Both the position numbers and the translations under genes were made by a program. The notes below the pieces were generated by a model that searched no databases, was not told the DNA's origin, and saw only the letters and a list, made by a program, of their open reading frames with translations. Below are positions 1 to 10,879 of a stretch of 32,000 nt of DNA, piece by piece; position 1 is the stretch's first letter; every line of letters starts with the position of its first letter. The stretch covers positions 1,830,001-1,862,000 of the forward strand of contig NC_006138.1 in NCBI RefSeq assembly GCF_000025945.1, read 5' to 3'. The stretch comes from Desulfotalea psychrophila LSv54 (GTDB lineage Bacteria > Desulfobacterota > Desulfobulbia > Desulfobulbales > Desulfocapsaceae).

Positions 1-1
1 T

Positions 2-868
2 TTTTATTTCAAAGGGAATATGAAGGGGCAGGTAGCTGAAGTAGAGGGGCAGATCAAGATCTTTTACCTCGCAGCTAATTCGGGAATCTTTCCCATAACT
101 GTTTTTGCTGAAATGAATGGGACTGCCATTAATAATGGCAGAAAAATACGGTTTCGTGGTGATCTCTGTTCCGGAGTCGAAGTTGTTTATTGTTGGCAGG
201 GATATTTTTATATCCTTGCCATGGTGTGTTTGTTTTCCAGGAATGTCTTGGAAAACAAAGCTTCCATTTTCCATGACAATATTATTAAAAGAAAATAAGA
301 AGAGAGACTCTTTTATAGCTGCAATATTGGTTATTAATTTTCCGTTTTTATCCTTGAAGAGAGAGCCGAAATTATAAAGATTAGCCCCCTCTTTTTTTAG
401 CGCGAGGTGGACTCCATTGAGTGTGCTCCTTCGGCTGGTGAATTTCTTATGGAGTAATCCCAAGGGCTCAATTGCGGTGGAGAGGCTGTCTATGCTAAGG
501 AGGGGGGCTTGGTGGTTGTTGGCACCAGGTTTTTTTATCTCTGCCTTTATTATTGAGATTTCAAAGGAAAATGGATTTGCCTTTACCTCTTCAATTTCAA
601 GTTTGAATTCGCTGTGGGCTGCGACATATTCTGGCAGGACATTTTTAATATAGTAGGGGACAGCAAAAAAGCCCAAGAGAGAGTAACTGGCCAAGAGAAG
701 GGCCAATGTGAAGAACAGTATGGGCAGGGCCCTGCCCCTCTTTCTCTTTTTGGCAGGAGGGCTCGAAGGAGGCTTTGGGCTATGGCCTGTCTTTTTTATC
801 TGTTTGCTGGTTTTTTTTGTACGTGTTTCTGGTGCGTCTATGGAAATAGAACCAAAGTCATCAGCCAT
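2..868 (-). CDS. DUF748/AsmA-like membrane-anchored protein, N-terminal part (3' end beyond window edge)
   Basis: Minus-strand frame open from ATG (866-868) to the window edge: MADDFGSISIDAPETRTKKTSKQIKKTG...LALLLASYSLLGFFAVPYYIKNVLPEYVAAHSEFKLEIEEVKANPFSFEISIIKAEI... Single N-terminal TM segment followed by the 'NPF.F...' pattern typical of DUF748 proteins. Absent from the supplied ORF track. Confidence 0.75.
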   Translation of the reverse strand, partial: MADDFGSISIDAPETRTKKTSKQIKKTGHSPKPPSSPPAKKRKRGRALPILFFTLALLLASYSLLGFFAVPYYIKNVLPEYVAAHSEFKLEIEEVKANPFSFEISIIKAEIKKPGANNHQAPLLSIDSLSTAIEPLGLLHKKFTSRRSTLNGVHLALKKEGANLYNFGSLFKDKNGKLITNIAAIKESLFLFSFNNIVMENGSFVFQDIPGKQTHHGKDIKISLPTINNFDSGTEITTKPYFSAIINGSPIHFSKNSYGKDSRISCEVKDLDLPLYFSYLPLHIPFEIK

Positions 869-1188
869 AATAAATATATTAATGTGTTGGTGATAGAGAT
901 ATAGCCCATCTGTATGAAATAATAAGCTGAGATGGCGATAAGAGATATTTTCATTTTCAATGATATTAATGCCCTGAGTATAATCGTTTTTCAAGAAGAA
1001 ATGTTTGTTTGAGGAAAAAAGAGTGATAATTATCTAAAAAAAGGACAATTCTAGAAAAAGTTATGCTATACTGAGTTGTAAGTTGTGGGTGCTTTTTTTG
1101 TTGTTAATTAACAGGGAAAGCCCAATTTATAATGATCCTTTGACTCCTATGTTCTCTCTGTTGAGAGACGACAACAATTTGAAAAAAT

Positions 1189-1980
1189 ATGTTTGATATT
1201 GTGCGTTATTTTCGCTGGCAGGATATATTAGATATTCTGGTTGTCGCTTTTGTGATTTATCAGTTGATATCTATTATTCGTGGAACCAGATCGGTGCAAA
1301 TGGTTGTAGGGCTTGGTGTTCTCTTTGTTGTCTACGCTATGGCTTCACTTCTCGATCTTTCTGTGCTTACCTGGATCATGCGTACCTCCTTGAGTTCTCT
1401 TTTTCTTATCATTATTATTGTCTTTCAGCAGGATATTCGTAGAGCCTTGACCCAGGTTGGGCAATCCCCCTTTCAAAAACATGCCGATGTGGTTGAAAAA
1501 GATCTCGATGAGGTAATACGTTCGGTTTTTTATCTCGCCAAGCGTCGGATTGGTGCTCTCATTGTTATTGAACGGGAAAACGGTTTGGGGGAGTACGTGG
1601 AATCGGGCTTTATCCTCAATGCTAAACTGTCAAAAGAGTTGCTTATATCGATATTTATGCCCGTTTCTCCTCTGCATGATGGGGGGGTGCTCATTAGCAA
1701 GGGACGAATTGAACATGCAGGTTGTATCTTGCCGCTTACGCAAAATCCCTATATAAATAAAAGGTATGGCACAAGACATCGGGCCGCAATTGGCATATCA
1801 GAGGAGACCGATGCTGTTATACTTGTGGTCTCTGAGGAGACCCAAGAGGTGTCCATTGTTCAGTATGGCTCCCTGACTACTATCAATGATGAGATGAGTT
1901 TGAAAACGAATTTGCGGGCAATTTTTTTGGACAAGAAGAAACAAAACTCCTTTTGGCAGGATTGGGTGGGACGAAAATGA
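1189..1980 (+). CDS. cdaA: Diadenylate cyclase (DAC/DisA_N domain, CdaA/YbbP family)
   Basis: Three N-terminal TM segments, then DAC motifs HDGGVLI and YGTRHRAAIG; followed by ybbR and glmM in the classical order. Confidence 0.95.
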   Translation: MFDIVRYFRWQDILDILVVAFVIYQLISIIRGTRSVQMVVGLGVLFVVYAMASLLDLSVLTWIMRTSLSSLFLIIIIVFQQDIRRALTQVGQSPFQKHADVVEKDLDEVIRSVFYLAKRRIGALIVIERENGLGEYVESGFILNAKLSKELLISIFMPVSPLHDGGVLISKGRIEHAGCILPLTQNPYINKRYGTRHRAAIGISEETDAVILVVSEETQEVSIVQYGSLTTINDEMSLKTNLRAIFLDKKKQNSFWQDWVGRK

Positions 1981-2966
1981 AAAATACATGGCAACAGGTT
2001 AAAAAGGTTGGCATCGTCCACCGTTTGTTGAGCTTTTGGTCGAGAGATTGGTTTCTTAAGGTTGTCTCCATCTGGTTGGCGATTGTTCTGTGGGTGCTGG
2101 TCGGTGGAGAGGATACCATTGAAAAGACGGTGAATGTGCCCGTGGAGATCATAAATCTCCCCCGTGGTCTTGTTGTTTCCAACCAGTACAAGAAAAAGAT
2201 AGAGGTGTCCCTTACCGGACCACGATCGGTAATTCTTGATATGGATGATCGAAATATTGTTCGTCAGGTTGATCTCTCTAAGGCAACGCCCGGGACAATG
2301 GTGGTTAATAATGATGTTGATCATATTGATGTGCCGCGTTCTCTGACCGTTCAGCGGGTTCAGCCACCCTCCATTATTCTTTCCATCGATAAACTTGTGC
2401 AAAAACAGTATGCCGTTGTGGCCAATACGGTGGGAGATGTGGCTCCGGGGTTTGAGGTGAAAAGTATTCGGATGAATCCAGAGTATGTCATGATAACTGG
2501 ACCTGGGAGTGTCTTGAGTCAATTAAGTGCTCTGCAGACCTCTTATATTTCACTTGATGGTTTTCGCCGTTCTGAGCAATTACAGGTGCCTCTGGATTTG
2601 AGTCCTGCAATTGTCTCTCTTATTGGAGAAACTTCGGTTACGGCAGATATTGTAGTGGGTCTTGTGGTGGCTGTTAAGACCGTGGAGTTACCGCTTGTCG
2701 TTCAAGAAAAGGGTCTTAGTCTCTTGCCTAAAACGGTTTCGGTGACCGCTTCTTTTCCCCAGATTTTGCTGGATAAGGGCAAGAAGGCAAAAGATTTGCT
2801 GGTTGCCCATGCAGAACGATATGGACAGACAGATCAGTTTAATGTCATTGTAACATCTCAAAATAATGAGGAATTCCCTGTTAAAGTTATTTCTGTGCTT
2901 CCCCGGCGAGTAAGTGAGGGAAAGGCCAAGCTTTTAAGGGCGACCACAAAAAAGAAGAGTGAGTAG
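1977..2966 (+). CDS. ybbR: YbbR-domain protein (CdaR-like regulator)
   Basis: N-terminal TM (WLAIVLWVLVGGEDT) plus YbbR repeats; ATGA overlap with the cdaA stop favours start at 1977 (MKNTWQQ) over 1953. Confidence 0.88.
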   Translation: MKNTWQQVKKVGIVHRLLSFWSRDWFLKVVSIWLAIVLWVLVGGEDTIEKTVNVPVEIINLPRGLVVSNQYKKKIEVSLTGPRSVILDMDDRNIVRQVDLSKATPGTMVVNNDVDHIDVPRSLTVQRVQPPSIILSIDKLVQKQYAVVANTVGDVAPGFEVKSIRMNPEYVMITGPGSVLSQLSALQTSYISLDGFRRSEQLQVPLDLSPAIVSLIGETSVTADIVVGLVVAVKTVELPLVVQEKGLSLLPKTVSVTASFPQILLDKGKKAKDLLVAHAERYGQTDQFNVIVTSQNNEEFPVKVISVLPRRVSEGKAKLLRATTKKKSE

Positions 2967-3047
2967 GGAAGGGACATTTTTTTACTCCAATCTATTTGCT
3001 CCTCAAAAAATATCGATGTTATAAGGCTAGAGAGAAAAAGGTTAAGT

Positions 3048-4400
3048 ATGCGAAAGTTATTTGGAACAGATGGAATCCGTGGGGTGGCTAATGTCCATCC
3101 CATGACCATGGAAATTGCCATGCAGGTTGGGAGGGCTATTGCCTTTCTGGTAAAGAAAGAAAATTATCGTCATCGTATTGTTATCGGTAAAGACACCAGG
3201 CTTTCTGGTTATATGATCGAAAATGCCATTGTGGCGGGTATCTGCTCCATGGGTGTTGATGTGCTTTTAGTGGGCCCTCTTCCCACCCCGGGTATTGCCT
3301 TTATTACCACCTCCATGCGCGCCGATGCGGGAGTGGTCATCTCGGCCTCCCATAATCCCTTCCAGGATAATGGTATCAAGATTTTTTTTAGTGATGGCTT
3401 TAAATTACCGGATGCCATGGAACTGAAGATAGAGGATTTGGTTCTCTCCCAGAGAATGTTGGCTCTGCAGCCACTTGCAGAAGAGGTTGGGCGGGCAAGT
3501 AGAATTGATGATGCCAAGGGACGCTATATTGTCTTTTTGAAAAATACCTTTCCTAAAAAGTATACCCTGGATGGTTTTCATATTGTTATTGATTGTGCCC
3601 ACGGGGCGACCTACGGTGTTGCCCCCCATGTCTTTGAAGAGCTTGGGGCAAAGGTTACTGCCCTGGGGATTGAGCCCAACGGGCAAAATATCAATGCGGG
3701 TTGCGGTGCACTTCATCCTGAACTCATGGCAGGAAAGGTTAAAGAGCTGGGGGCGGATATTGGTCTTGCCTTTGACGGTGATGGTGATCGTCTCATCGTC
3801 TGTGATGAGCATGGTGTCGTTGTTGATGGCGATCATGTTATGGCCATCTGTGCCAAGGAGCTTCTTGCCCAGCGAAAGTCCAAGAAGAAGACTCTGGTGG
3901 CAACGGTGATGTCTAACATGGGGCTTGAGGTTGCCATGAAGAAAATGGGTGGCCATCTGGTTCGTGCGGATGTCGGCGATAGGTATGTTGTCGAGTGTAT
4001 GCGTAAAAATGGCTATTCTTTTGGCGGAGAGCAGTCAGGGCATCTGGTTTTTCTAGAGCATATGACCACCGGTGACGGCATCCTTGCCGCCCTGCAGATT
4101 CTTGCTATTATGAAAAAACGTAAGAAAACTCTGTCAGAGCTTGCCCAGGTTATGCAGAGTTTTCCTCAGGTACTCAAAAATGTGCGTACCGCGAAAAAAA
4201 TATCCGTTGATTCCATTGTAGGCTTTGCCGATGCGGTGAAAAAGTATGAGATGCAGCTAGGTGATACGGGTAGAATTCTTGTCCGTCCTTCGGGCACAGA
4301 GCCCGTTATTCGGGTGATGGTCGAGGGGCTGGATAGCGCTGAAATAAATGACATTGCCGATGAACTCTGTGAACTTATTCGGCGAGTCAGTAACTCCTAA
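3048..4400 (+). CDS. glmM: Phosphoglucosamine mutase
   Basis: [15 protein letters not shown] start, phosphoserine loop [22 protein letters not shown] metal loop, [13 protein letters not shown]-terminal loop. Confidence 0.97.
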   Translation: MRKLFGTDGIRGVANVHPMTMEIAMQVGRAIAFLVKKENYRHRIVIGKDTRLSGYMIENAIVAGICSMGVDVLLVGPLPTPGIAFITTSMRADAGVVISASHNPFQDNGIKIFFSDGFKLPDAMELKIEDLVLSQRMLALQPLAEEVGRASRIDDAKGRYIVFLKNTFPKKYTLDGFHIVIDCAHGATYGVAPHVFEELGAKVTALGIEPNGQNINAGCGALHPELMAGKVKELGADIGLAFDGDGDRLIVCDEHGVVVDGDHVMAICAKELLAQRKSKKKTLVATVMSNMGLEVAMKKMGGHLVRADVGDRYVVECMRKNGYSFGGEQSGHLVFLEHMTTGDGILAALQILAIMKKRKKTLSELAQVMQSFPQVLKNVRTAKKISVDSIVGFADAVKKYEMQLGDTGRILVRPSGTEPVIRVMVEGLDSAEINDIADELCELIRRVSNS

Positions 4401-4409
4401 ATTGGTGTG

Positions 4410-4440
4410 AGGGGTGCCTGCGCATGAACGGCACCTCTTT
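4410..4440 (+). terminator. Possible rho-independent terminator downstream of glmM
   Basis: GGGGTGCC-tgcgcatgaac-GGCACCTC hairpin followed by TTT. Confidence 0.5.
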
Positions 4441-4520
4441 CCTCCATTCCCTTTCCAATAATATTAGCCCTCTCCTTGCAAAAAAGAGCTAGCAATGATG
4501 GAATCTCCCTCTTTCTATTC

Positions 4521-4548
4521 TTGACATTGTAAGAGAGCTACTTATTGT
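4521..4548 (+). promoter_or_regulatory. Candidate sigma70-type promoter upstream of grpE
   Basis: TTGACA (4521-4526), 16-nt spacer, TATTGT (4543-4548). A matching TTCTTGACA also precedes dnaK. Confidence 0.4.
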
Positions 4549-4654
4549 TCGCTGAAGTCTAAAAGAGATAAAGTCATTGTTATTTCCCTTCCTTGAAGAG
4601 GCGGGCTTGTGACTTTAAATACACCGTTCTTATGGTTTTGATAGAGGGAAAATA

Positions 4655-5251
4655 GTGAACGAAAAAGTAAAGAAAGAAGAGCTTAAAGAAGAGCAAGAGG
4701 GTGTTGCTGAGGAACTGATCTCTGGTGTAGCAGATTCTGCTGGCGAAGAGGTGCCTGTAGAGAAAACTCTTGAGGAGCAACTTGCAGAAGCCAAGGCTGA
4801 AGTAGCACAGCTTCATGATTCTATGTTGCGCATGGCCGCTGAAAGTGAAAATTTCAAAAAGCGTATTAGGCGCGAGAGTCTGGCAACCCTGAAATATGCC
4901 GGTGAGAATATCTTTAAAGTGCTGCTTCCTGCCGTTGATAATTTGGAGCGTGCTGTTGCCCATGCGGGTGCAGATGGTACAACTGCTGAGCAAGGTTTTC
5001 CTGCTCTGCGGGAGGGTGTTGAACTTACCCTTAAGAGCCTTGTTGGTATTCTTGAAAAGTTTGAGGTAAAGGCCGTAGATAGTTTGGGTGTGCCCTTTGA
5101 CCCTGCTCAGCAGGAAGCTCTGACCATGGAACCAAGTGAAACTGTGCCTGCCAATCATGTGACCACTGTTTTTGAAAAGGGTTATTATTATAAGGATCGA
5201 CTCTTGCGTCCGGCAAAGGTTGTTGTTTCTTCGGGGGTATCGGTTGGTTAG
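4655..5251 (+). CDS. grpE: Nucleotide exchange factor GrpE
   Basis: Coiled-coil N-terminus, FKKRIRRE...LLPAVDNLERA, C-terminal VTTVFEKGYYYKDRLLRPAKVVVS; directly upstream of dnaK. Confidence 0.95.
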   Translation: MNEKVKKEELKEEQEGVAEELISGVADSAGEEVPVEKTLEEQLAEAKAEVAQLHDSMLRMAAESENFKKRIRRESLATLKYAGENIFKVLLPAVDNLERAVAHAGADGTTAEQGFPALREGVELTLKSLVGILEKFEVKAVDSLGVPFDPAQQEALTMEPSETVPANHVTTVFEKGYYYKDRLLRPAKVVVSSGVSVG

Positions 5252-5429
5252 ATGCTGTTATCTGTCTTGAAAAGGCAAATCTTTAAGAAAAATGAGAGAT
5301 GATGGGGCTCTTTTCTTGACAAATAAATGAAGATGACAACATTGTAGTCTGTTAAATAAAGCGGGATTTACTAGCACGAATAGAAAGGGCTAGTGATCTG
5401 ATACGATTGATATATAGGAGAAAAAAACG

Positions 5430-7331
5430 ATGGGAAAGATTATCGGAATCGATCTGGGAACCACTAACTCTTGTGTTTCCGTAATGGAAGGTGGCGAGCC
5501 GAAGGTTATTGCCAACGTAGAGGGAAATAGAACAACTCCTTCCGTTGTCGCATTTGCGGATAATGATGAGCGTCTGGTAGGTATGATCGCTAAGCGTCAG
5601 GCTGTAACAAATCCTGAGCGTACCGTCTATGCAGCAAAAAGACTTATCGGTCGTAAGTTCACCGACGCTGAAGTTCAGCGCTCCCAAGAGGTAAGCCCTT
5701 TTGATATAGTAGAAGGCATCAGTGGTAGTGTTGCCATACAAGTTGAGGGTCATAAATATCGCCCAGCCGAGATCTCGGCCATGGTACTTGGTAAGATGAA
5801 GCAGACCGCCGAGGAGTATCTTGGCGAAGAGGTAACCGAGGCTGTTGTTACCGTACCTGCATATTTCAATGATTCACAGCGTCAGGCAACCAAGGATGCA
5901 GGTAAGATTGCAGGGCTTGATGTAAAACGTATTATCAACGAGCCAACTGCGGCTTCTCTTGCCTACGGCCTTGATAAGAAGGTTGAAGAAAAGATTGCGG
6001 TATTCGATCTTGGTGGCGGTACCTTTGATGTATCCGTTCTCGAAATCGGTGATGGTGTTTTCGAAGTAAAATCAACCAACGGTGATACTTTCCTTGGTGG
6101 TGAAGATTTCGATATGCGTATTGTTCATTGGCTTGCCGACGAGTTCAAACGCGAGCAGGGAATTGATCTTCGTAGCGACAAAATGGCCCTTCAGCGTCTT
6201 AAGGAAGAGGCTGAGAAGGCAAAAATGGAGCTTTCTACCACCGTAGAGACCGACATTAACCTGCCATTTATCACCGCTGATGCAAGCGGTCCTAAGCATT
6301 TGAACATTAAGCTGAGCCGTTCAAAATTCGAAACATTGGTAGAAGATCTTGTTGAGCGTACCGTAGGTCCATGTAAGACCGCTCTTAAAGATGCTGGCCT
6401 TTCTGCTTCTCAAATCGACGAGGTTATCCTTGTTGGTGGTATGAGCCGTATGCCAATGGTTCAGAAGAAGGTTGTGGAAATTTTTGGTAAAGAGCCACAC
6501 AAGGGAGTTAATCCCGATGAGGTTGTAGCCATTGGTGCTGCAATTCAGGGTGGAGTTCTTCAGGGTGATGTAAAAGACGTTCTTCTTCTCGATGTAACGC
6601 CTCTTTCTCTTGGTATTGAAACCCTTGGTGGTGTAACCACTAAGCTTATCGAGAAAAACACCACCGTTCCAACCAAGAAGAGCCAGGTATTCTCTACTGC
6701 AGCTGACAATCAGCCAGCAGTTTCTATCCACGTGCTCCAAGGTGAGCGTGAGATGGCAGAGGGTAATAAGACCATTGGTCGTTTTGAGCTTGCCGATATT
6801 CCAACGGCACCTCGCGGTGTACCTCAGATCGAGGTGACCTTTGACCTTGATGCAAACGGTATTCTCAACGTATCTGCAAAGGATATGGGAACCGGCAAAG
6901 AGCAGTCTATTAAGATTACCGCCTCTTCCGGACTTACCGATGAAGAGATCGATCGTATGACCAAGGACGCCGAGCTCCACGCCGATGAAGATAAGAAGCG
7001 TAAAGAGTTGGTTGAAGCTCGTAACTCTGCAGATGGTTTGATCCACTCCACCGAGAAGACCCTTAAGGATCTTGGCGATAAGGTAGATGCTGAAACCAAA
7101 GAGAACGTAGAGAAAGAGATTGCAAACGTAAAGACCGCACTCGAAGGCGATGATGTTGAGGCAATTAAGGCAGCTATTGAGGCCCTTACTGCCGCTTCTC
7201 ATAAGCTTGCCGAGCTTATGTATCAGCAAGCATCTCAGGAAACCCCTGGTGATGGCGATGCTGGTGCTGCTGGTGCAAAGAAAAAAGATGATGATGACGT
7301 TGTTGATGCAGACTACGAAGAAGTGAAGTAA
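5430..7331 (+). CDS. dnaK: Molecular chaperone DnaK (Hsp70)
   Basis: [49 protein letters not shown]-terminal [12 protein letters not shown]. Confidence 0.99.
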   Translation: MGKIIGIDLGTTNSCVSVMEGGEPKVIANVEGNRTTPSVVAFADNDERLVGMIAKRQAVTNPERTVYAAKRLIGRKFTDAEVQRSQEVSPFDIVEGISGSVAIQVEGHKYRPAEISAMVLGKMKQTAEEYLGEEVTEAVVTVPAYFNDSQRQATKDAGKIAGLDVKRIINEPTAASLAYGLDKKVEEKIAVFDLGGGTFDVSVLEIGDGVFEVKSTNGDTFLGGEDFDMRIVHWLADEFKREQGIDLRSDKMALQRLKEEAEKAKMELSTTVETDINLPFITADASGPKHLNIKLSRSKFETLVEDLVERTVGPCKTALKDAGLSASQIDEVILVGGMSRMPMVQKKVVEIFGKEPHKGVNPDEVVAIGAAIQGGVLQGDVKDVLLLDVTPLSLGIETLGGVTTKLIEKNTTVPTKKSQVFSTAADNQPAVSIHVLQGEREMAEGNKTIGRFELADIPTAPRGVPQIEVTFDLDANGILNVSAKDMGTGKEQSIKITASSGLTDEEIDRMTKDAELHADEDKKRKELVEARNSADGLIHSTEKTLKDLGDKVDAETKENVEKEIANVKTALEGDDVEAIKAAIEALTAASHKLAELMYQQASQETPGDGDAGAAGAKKKDDDDVVDADYEEVK

Positions 7332-7350
7332 TACTTTTTTCATCGGCTTG

Positions 7351-7393
7351 AAAAGGGGAGTGGGGATATATTCCTTACTCCCCCTTTTTTTTA
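7351..7393 (+). terminator. Rho-independent terminator after dnaK
   Basis: AAAAGGGGAGT ... ACTCCCCC followed by a T8 run. Confidence 0.65.
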
Positions 7394-7460
7394 TTTTCGG
7401 TTATGATACTATGCATAGAAACTTGACTGCTTACAATTATTAAATTTAGTGAAAGAGATT

Positions 7461-8426
7461 ATGAAAATATTATCTGGAATACAACCCTCTGGCCAGCTTC
7501 ATATTGGTAATTATTTTGGTATGATGCAAACAATGATAGATCAGATGGAGAGCTCTGATCTCCATGTCTTCATTGTGGATTATCATGCCCTGACAAGTGT
7601 CCGTGATCCGAAGGTCCTGGCTAAGGGTACCCTGGAGGCGGCGGCAGATTTTCTTGCCCTTGGTCTTGATCCCGACAAATGTACCTTTTGGGTGCAGTCG
7701 GATGTGCCGGCGGTATGTGAACTTATGTGGCTGCTTTCCGTGTTGACGCCCATGGGTCTGGTAGAGCGTTGTCATTCCTATAAGGATAAGGTTGCCAAGG
7801 GTATTCAGGCAAGTCATGGTCTCTTCTCGTATCCGGTTTTGATGGCAGCAGATATTCTTCTCTATCAGGCAGACATTGTACCGGTAGGTAAGGATCAGAA
7901 ACAGCATCTTGAGTTTGCCCGTGATCTTGCTCAAAAATTTAATAATGAGTACGGCGAGACCTTTACCATTCCAGAGCCGGGTATCAGCAAGCATACAGCC
8001 ACTATTCCGGGGCTTGATGGCCAGAAAATGTCAAAATCCTATGGCAATACTATTCCCATATTTTCTGAGGGCAAGCCTCTGAAGAAACGGGTTATGGCCA
8101 TTGAGACCGATGCTAAGGGAATTGAAGAGCCTAAGGATCCTGATAGCTGTAATCTCTATCAACTGCTTAAGCTTTTTGCCACTCCGGATCGCCTTGCTGA
8201 AATTCGTGGTCTCTATGTTAACGGTGGCGCAGCCTATGGTTATCTTAAGCTTGAACTTCTTGACCTGCTCAACGATAAATTTGGCGCTGCCCGTCAGAAA
8301 AAGGCAGAGTATCTTGCCGATCCGGCAGAGCTTCGTCGCATTTTGGCGAAGGGTGCTGAAAAGGCCCGGGCCAAGGCAGCTGTGACCATTGATTTGGTAC
8401 GGGAGAGGGTTGGCATCAAATATTAA
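7461..8426 (+). CDS. trpS: Tryptophanyl-tRNA synthetase
   Basis: SGIQPSGQLHIGNYFG (HIGH-like) and GQKMSKSYGN (KMSKS). ATG at 7461 is preferred over the GTG at 7449 given in the track. Confidence 0.96.
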   Translation: MKILSGIQPSGQLHIGNYFGMMQTMIDQMESSDLHVFIVDYHALTSVRDPKVLAKGTLEAAADFLALGLDPDKCTFWVQSDVPAVCELMWLLSVLTPMGLVERCHSYKDKVAKGIQASHGLFSYPVLMAADILLYQADIVPVGKDQKQHLEFARDLAQKFNNEYGETFTIPEPGISKHTATIPGLDGQKMSKSYGNTIPIFSEGKPLKKRVMAIETDAKGIEEPKDPDSCNLYQLLKLFATPDRLAEIRGLYVNGGAAYGYLKLELLDLLNDKFGAARQKKAEYLADPAELRRILAKGAEKARAKAAVTIDLVRERVGIKY

Positions 8427-8510
8427 AGCTAGCTCTTAAGCTCTTGTTCTGTAGAGAAGGCCTTGCAGGGGAGTTGATTTGAGGCTTGAGCGGGAGAGTT
8501 GACAAAAAAA

Positions 8511-8540
8511 AGGCCGTCTCCAAGGAGACGGCCTTTTTTA
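8511..8540. terminator. Bidirectional rho-independent terminator between convergent trpS and PPIase gene
   Basis: AGGCCGTCTC-CAAG-GAGACGGCCT perfect 10-bp stem, flanked by A7 and T7 runs. Confidence 0.92.
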
Positions 8541-8555
8541 TGCGACTATGGGAGC

Positions 8556-9524
8556 CTATTTAAAATCAACAAGCTCAACATCAAATACCATGGTGGCATT
8601 GGCAGGGATTGGACCACGACCTGCAGCACCATAACCAAGCTTGGCCGGGATGATCAGGACGCGTTTCTCGCCTTTTGTCATGGAGAGAAGGGCTTCGTCC
8701 CAACCTGAGATAACCTGGCCACGGCCAACTGGGAAATCGATGGGCTGACCACGATCAACGGAGCTGTCAAACTTGGTTCCGTCAAGAAGCTTACCTGTGT
8801 AGTGAACGGTAACAACATCGCCCACATTTGGGGTCGCCTCGCCTTCACCTGCTTCAACTACGACATACTGCAGGCCGGAATCGGTGGTGATGGCAGCTGG
8901 CCATTGCTCTTTGATCTGGTTTAAAGAGGCTTCCATTGACTGAAGCTCTTTCTCTTTTTGGCGGCTATCTATGGAGCCAAGAAGGTCGTCAAATGCAGCC
9001 TGATCAGATTTGAATGCCTCAGCCTTTGCACCTACGCGAATGATGGTGATAGATTCGAGGGCATCTTTGCCTTCAATCTTATCCACAACATCCTGACCTT
9101 CTACAACACGACCAAAAACAGTGTGCTTGCCGTCAAGCCATGGGGTAGCAACGTGGGTGATGAAGAACTGGCTACCGTTGGTGCCAGGTCCCGCGTTTGC
9201 CATGGAGAGAACGCCTGGAGCATCGTGGGTAAGGGTTGAATCAAATTCATCGGGGAAGTTATAACCCGGGCCGCCGGTACCGGTGCCAAGTGGACAACCA
9301 CCTTGAATCATGAAATTAGGGATTACTCTGTGAAAGGTAAGACCGTCATAAAAACGAGCGCCTTTTTTACCAGATCCGCCACCGAGTTCTTTGGTGCCCT
9401 CTGCAAGACCTACAAAGTTTGCTACGGTAAGGGGGGTTTTTTCAAATTCAAGACTACAAATAATAACGCCCTTGCTGGTGTTAAACTGGGCGTAGAGACC
9501 ATCTTTAAGATTAGAATTTGCCAT
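8556..9524 (-). CDS. Cyclophilin-type PPIase fused to C-terminal FKBP-type PPIase
   Basis: Cyclophilin motifs [25 protein letters not shown]; FKBP motifs [59 protein letters not shown]. Start at 9524 (MANSNLKDG) preceded by a strong SD GGAGGAGAAGGA. Confidence 0.93.
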   Translation of the reverse strand: MANSNLKDGLYAQFNTSKGVIICSLEFEKTPLTVANFVGLAEGTKELGGGSGKKGARFYDGLTFHRVIPNFMIQGGCPLGTGTGGPGYNFPDEFDSTLTHDAPGVLSMANAGPGTNGSQFFITHVATPWLDGKHTVFGRVVEGQDVVDKIEGKDALESITIIRVGAKAEAFKSDQAAFDDLLGSIDSRQKEKELQSMEASLNQIKEQWPAAITTDSGLQYVVVEAGEGEATPNVGDVVTVHYTGKLLDGTKFDSSVDRGQPIDFPVGRGQVISGWDEALLSMTKGEKRVLIIPAKLGYGAAGRGPIPANATMVFDVELVDFK

Positions 9525-9694
9525 TCCTTCTCCTCCAAATAATAGTAAAAATATTAGTGTAATAAGTAACTGCCGCGATACTCTATGCATATTTTCTCCG
9601 TTTGCAAGATATGAAAAAAGGAAAGCTCTTTTTTATACTTTTTTCCCCGTGGAGGTTAAAAGAAATACTCTTCCTTTCTTGGCTTCTCAGCAAT

Positions 9695-10879
9695 TTATTT
9701 ATCCGCTTTGGTGGCTCGGCCAATATGACGGCCGTATTCTACACACTCTTTCAGTTGTTCCTCATGGGGGACGTATTTTATGCGCAAGCCATCGTCGATA
9801 CGCTTAATCTTCATCTCATCCATCATGGTGTTCAGTTGTTTGACGGCCTCTCCACCCCAGCCGTAGGAACCAAAGGCTGCACCTATTTTTTTTCGGGGTT
9901 TAAGTCCTTTCATATACATCAAAAAACTTGCCAAACTGGGCATGATGGCGTTATTGATGGTGGCACTTCCCAGGACGATGGTGCTTGCCGTAAGCAGCCT
10001 TTGCATAATGTCACCGCGATGACACTCTTTCAGGCTCATGAGGCGGGCGGGTACATTTTCCTCTTCTATACCCTGGGCGATAGCCTTTGCCATCATCTCC
10101 GTTGATTTCCATTTAGTATCATAGACAATGATGGCTTCGGGGTGCTGTTCCTGTTGGCTCCATCTGCGGTATCCCTCAAGAATCTCATCCTGTTGTTGCC
10201 GCCAGATAATACCATGGTCGGGGGCAATGAGGCGAAGATCCAGCTCCATCTTTTCCATGGTTTTGAGCAGCTTTTGCACAAGAGGTGAGAGAAGGGTGAG
10301 AGTGGTCGCATAAAAATGTTCCGCTGCATTTATGGCCTTGCCCGCCTCAAGTTCATCGTCAAATCGCTCCTCGGTGGCGATATGTTGGCCGAAGGCATCG
10401 TTGGAAAAGAGGATTCCGTCTTCCTTAAGATAGGAGAACATGGAGTCCGGCCAGTGGAGCATACGGGTTTCAATAAATTGAACACTGCGACTGCCGAGGG
10501 AGAGCTCTGTTCCTGTTTTTACCACCTGATAGGGCCAGTCTGTACGGTGATAATGAGCTATGATGGCCCGTTTGCCCATTTCCGAGCAGAAGAGCTTTTC
10601 GGGTTTGATAGCCTCCATGATCTCCGGCAGGGAGCTGGAGTGATCGGGTTCTACATGATTGACAATCAGGTAATCGATATCTGCAGGATCAATGATCTGT
10701 TTTATATGGTTAAAGAGTTGGTCGCGATGAGAGTGCTTAACCCCGTCTACCAGGGTGATTTTCTCGTCGATTATCAGGTAGGCATTGTAGCTGGTACCGG
10801 TATATCCGCTTGATGCTGGGATATCCCAGTCAATGGCGCCGACCCAGTAAATTCCTTTGGCAAGTTCGTTATTCTTGAT
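9695..10879 (-). CDS. A-type flavoprotein (FprA/ROO-like), paralog 1; no canonical start codon
   Basis: Frame matches the neighbouring paralog from residue 4 on (KNNELAKGIYWVGAIDWD...VNHVEPDHSSSLPE, LHWPDSMFSYL, flavodoxin domain IVLGSATINN...GAAFGSYGWGGEAV). Upstream limit is the in-frame TAG at 10898-10900; candidate starts are only ATA 10892-10894 or ATC 10877-10879. Confidence 0.8.
   Translation of the reverse strand: MKNNELAKGIYWVGAIDWDIPASSGYTGTSYNAYLIIDEKITLVDGVKHSHRDQLFNHIKQIIDPADIDYLIVNHVEPDHSSSLPEIMEAIKPEKLFCSEMGKRAIIAHYHRTDWPYQVVKTGTELSLGSRSVQFIETRMLHWPDSMFSYLKEDGILFSNDAFGQHIATEERFDDELEAGKAINAAEHFYATTLTLLSPLVQKLLKTMEKMELDLRLIAPDHGIIWRQQQDEILEGYRRWSQQEQHPEAIIVYDTKWKSTEMMAKAIAQGIEEENVPARLMSLKECHRGDIMQRLLTASTIVLGSATINNAIMPSLASFLMYMKGLKPRKKIGAAFGSYGWGGEAVKQLNTMMDEMKIKRIDDGLRIKYVPHEEQLKECVEYGRHIGRATKADK

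Noticed and set aside
20-904. Plus-strand ORFs at 20-298, 117-377, 417-653, 614-904, 708-893
   Set aside because: Antisense to a single long minus-strand frame with recognisable protein features; the plus ORFs overlap and have no family signal.
9525-9590. Apparent signal peptide ([22 protein letters not shown]) on the PPIase fusion
   Set aside because: The FGGEG codons are the Shine-Dalgarno GGAGGAGAAGGA for ATG 9524, so the 'signal peptide' is most likely leader DNA.
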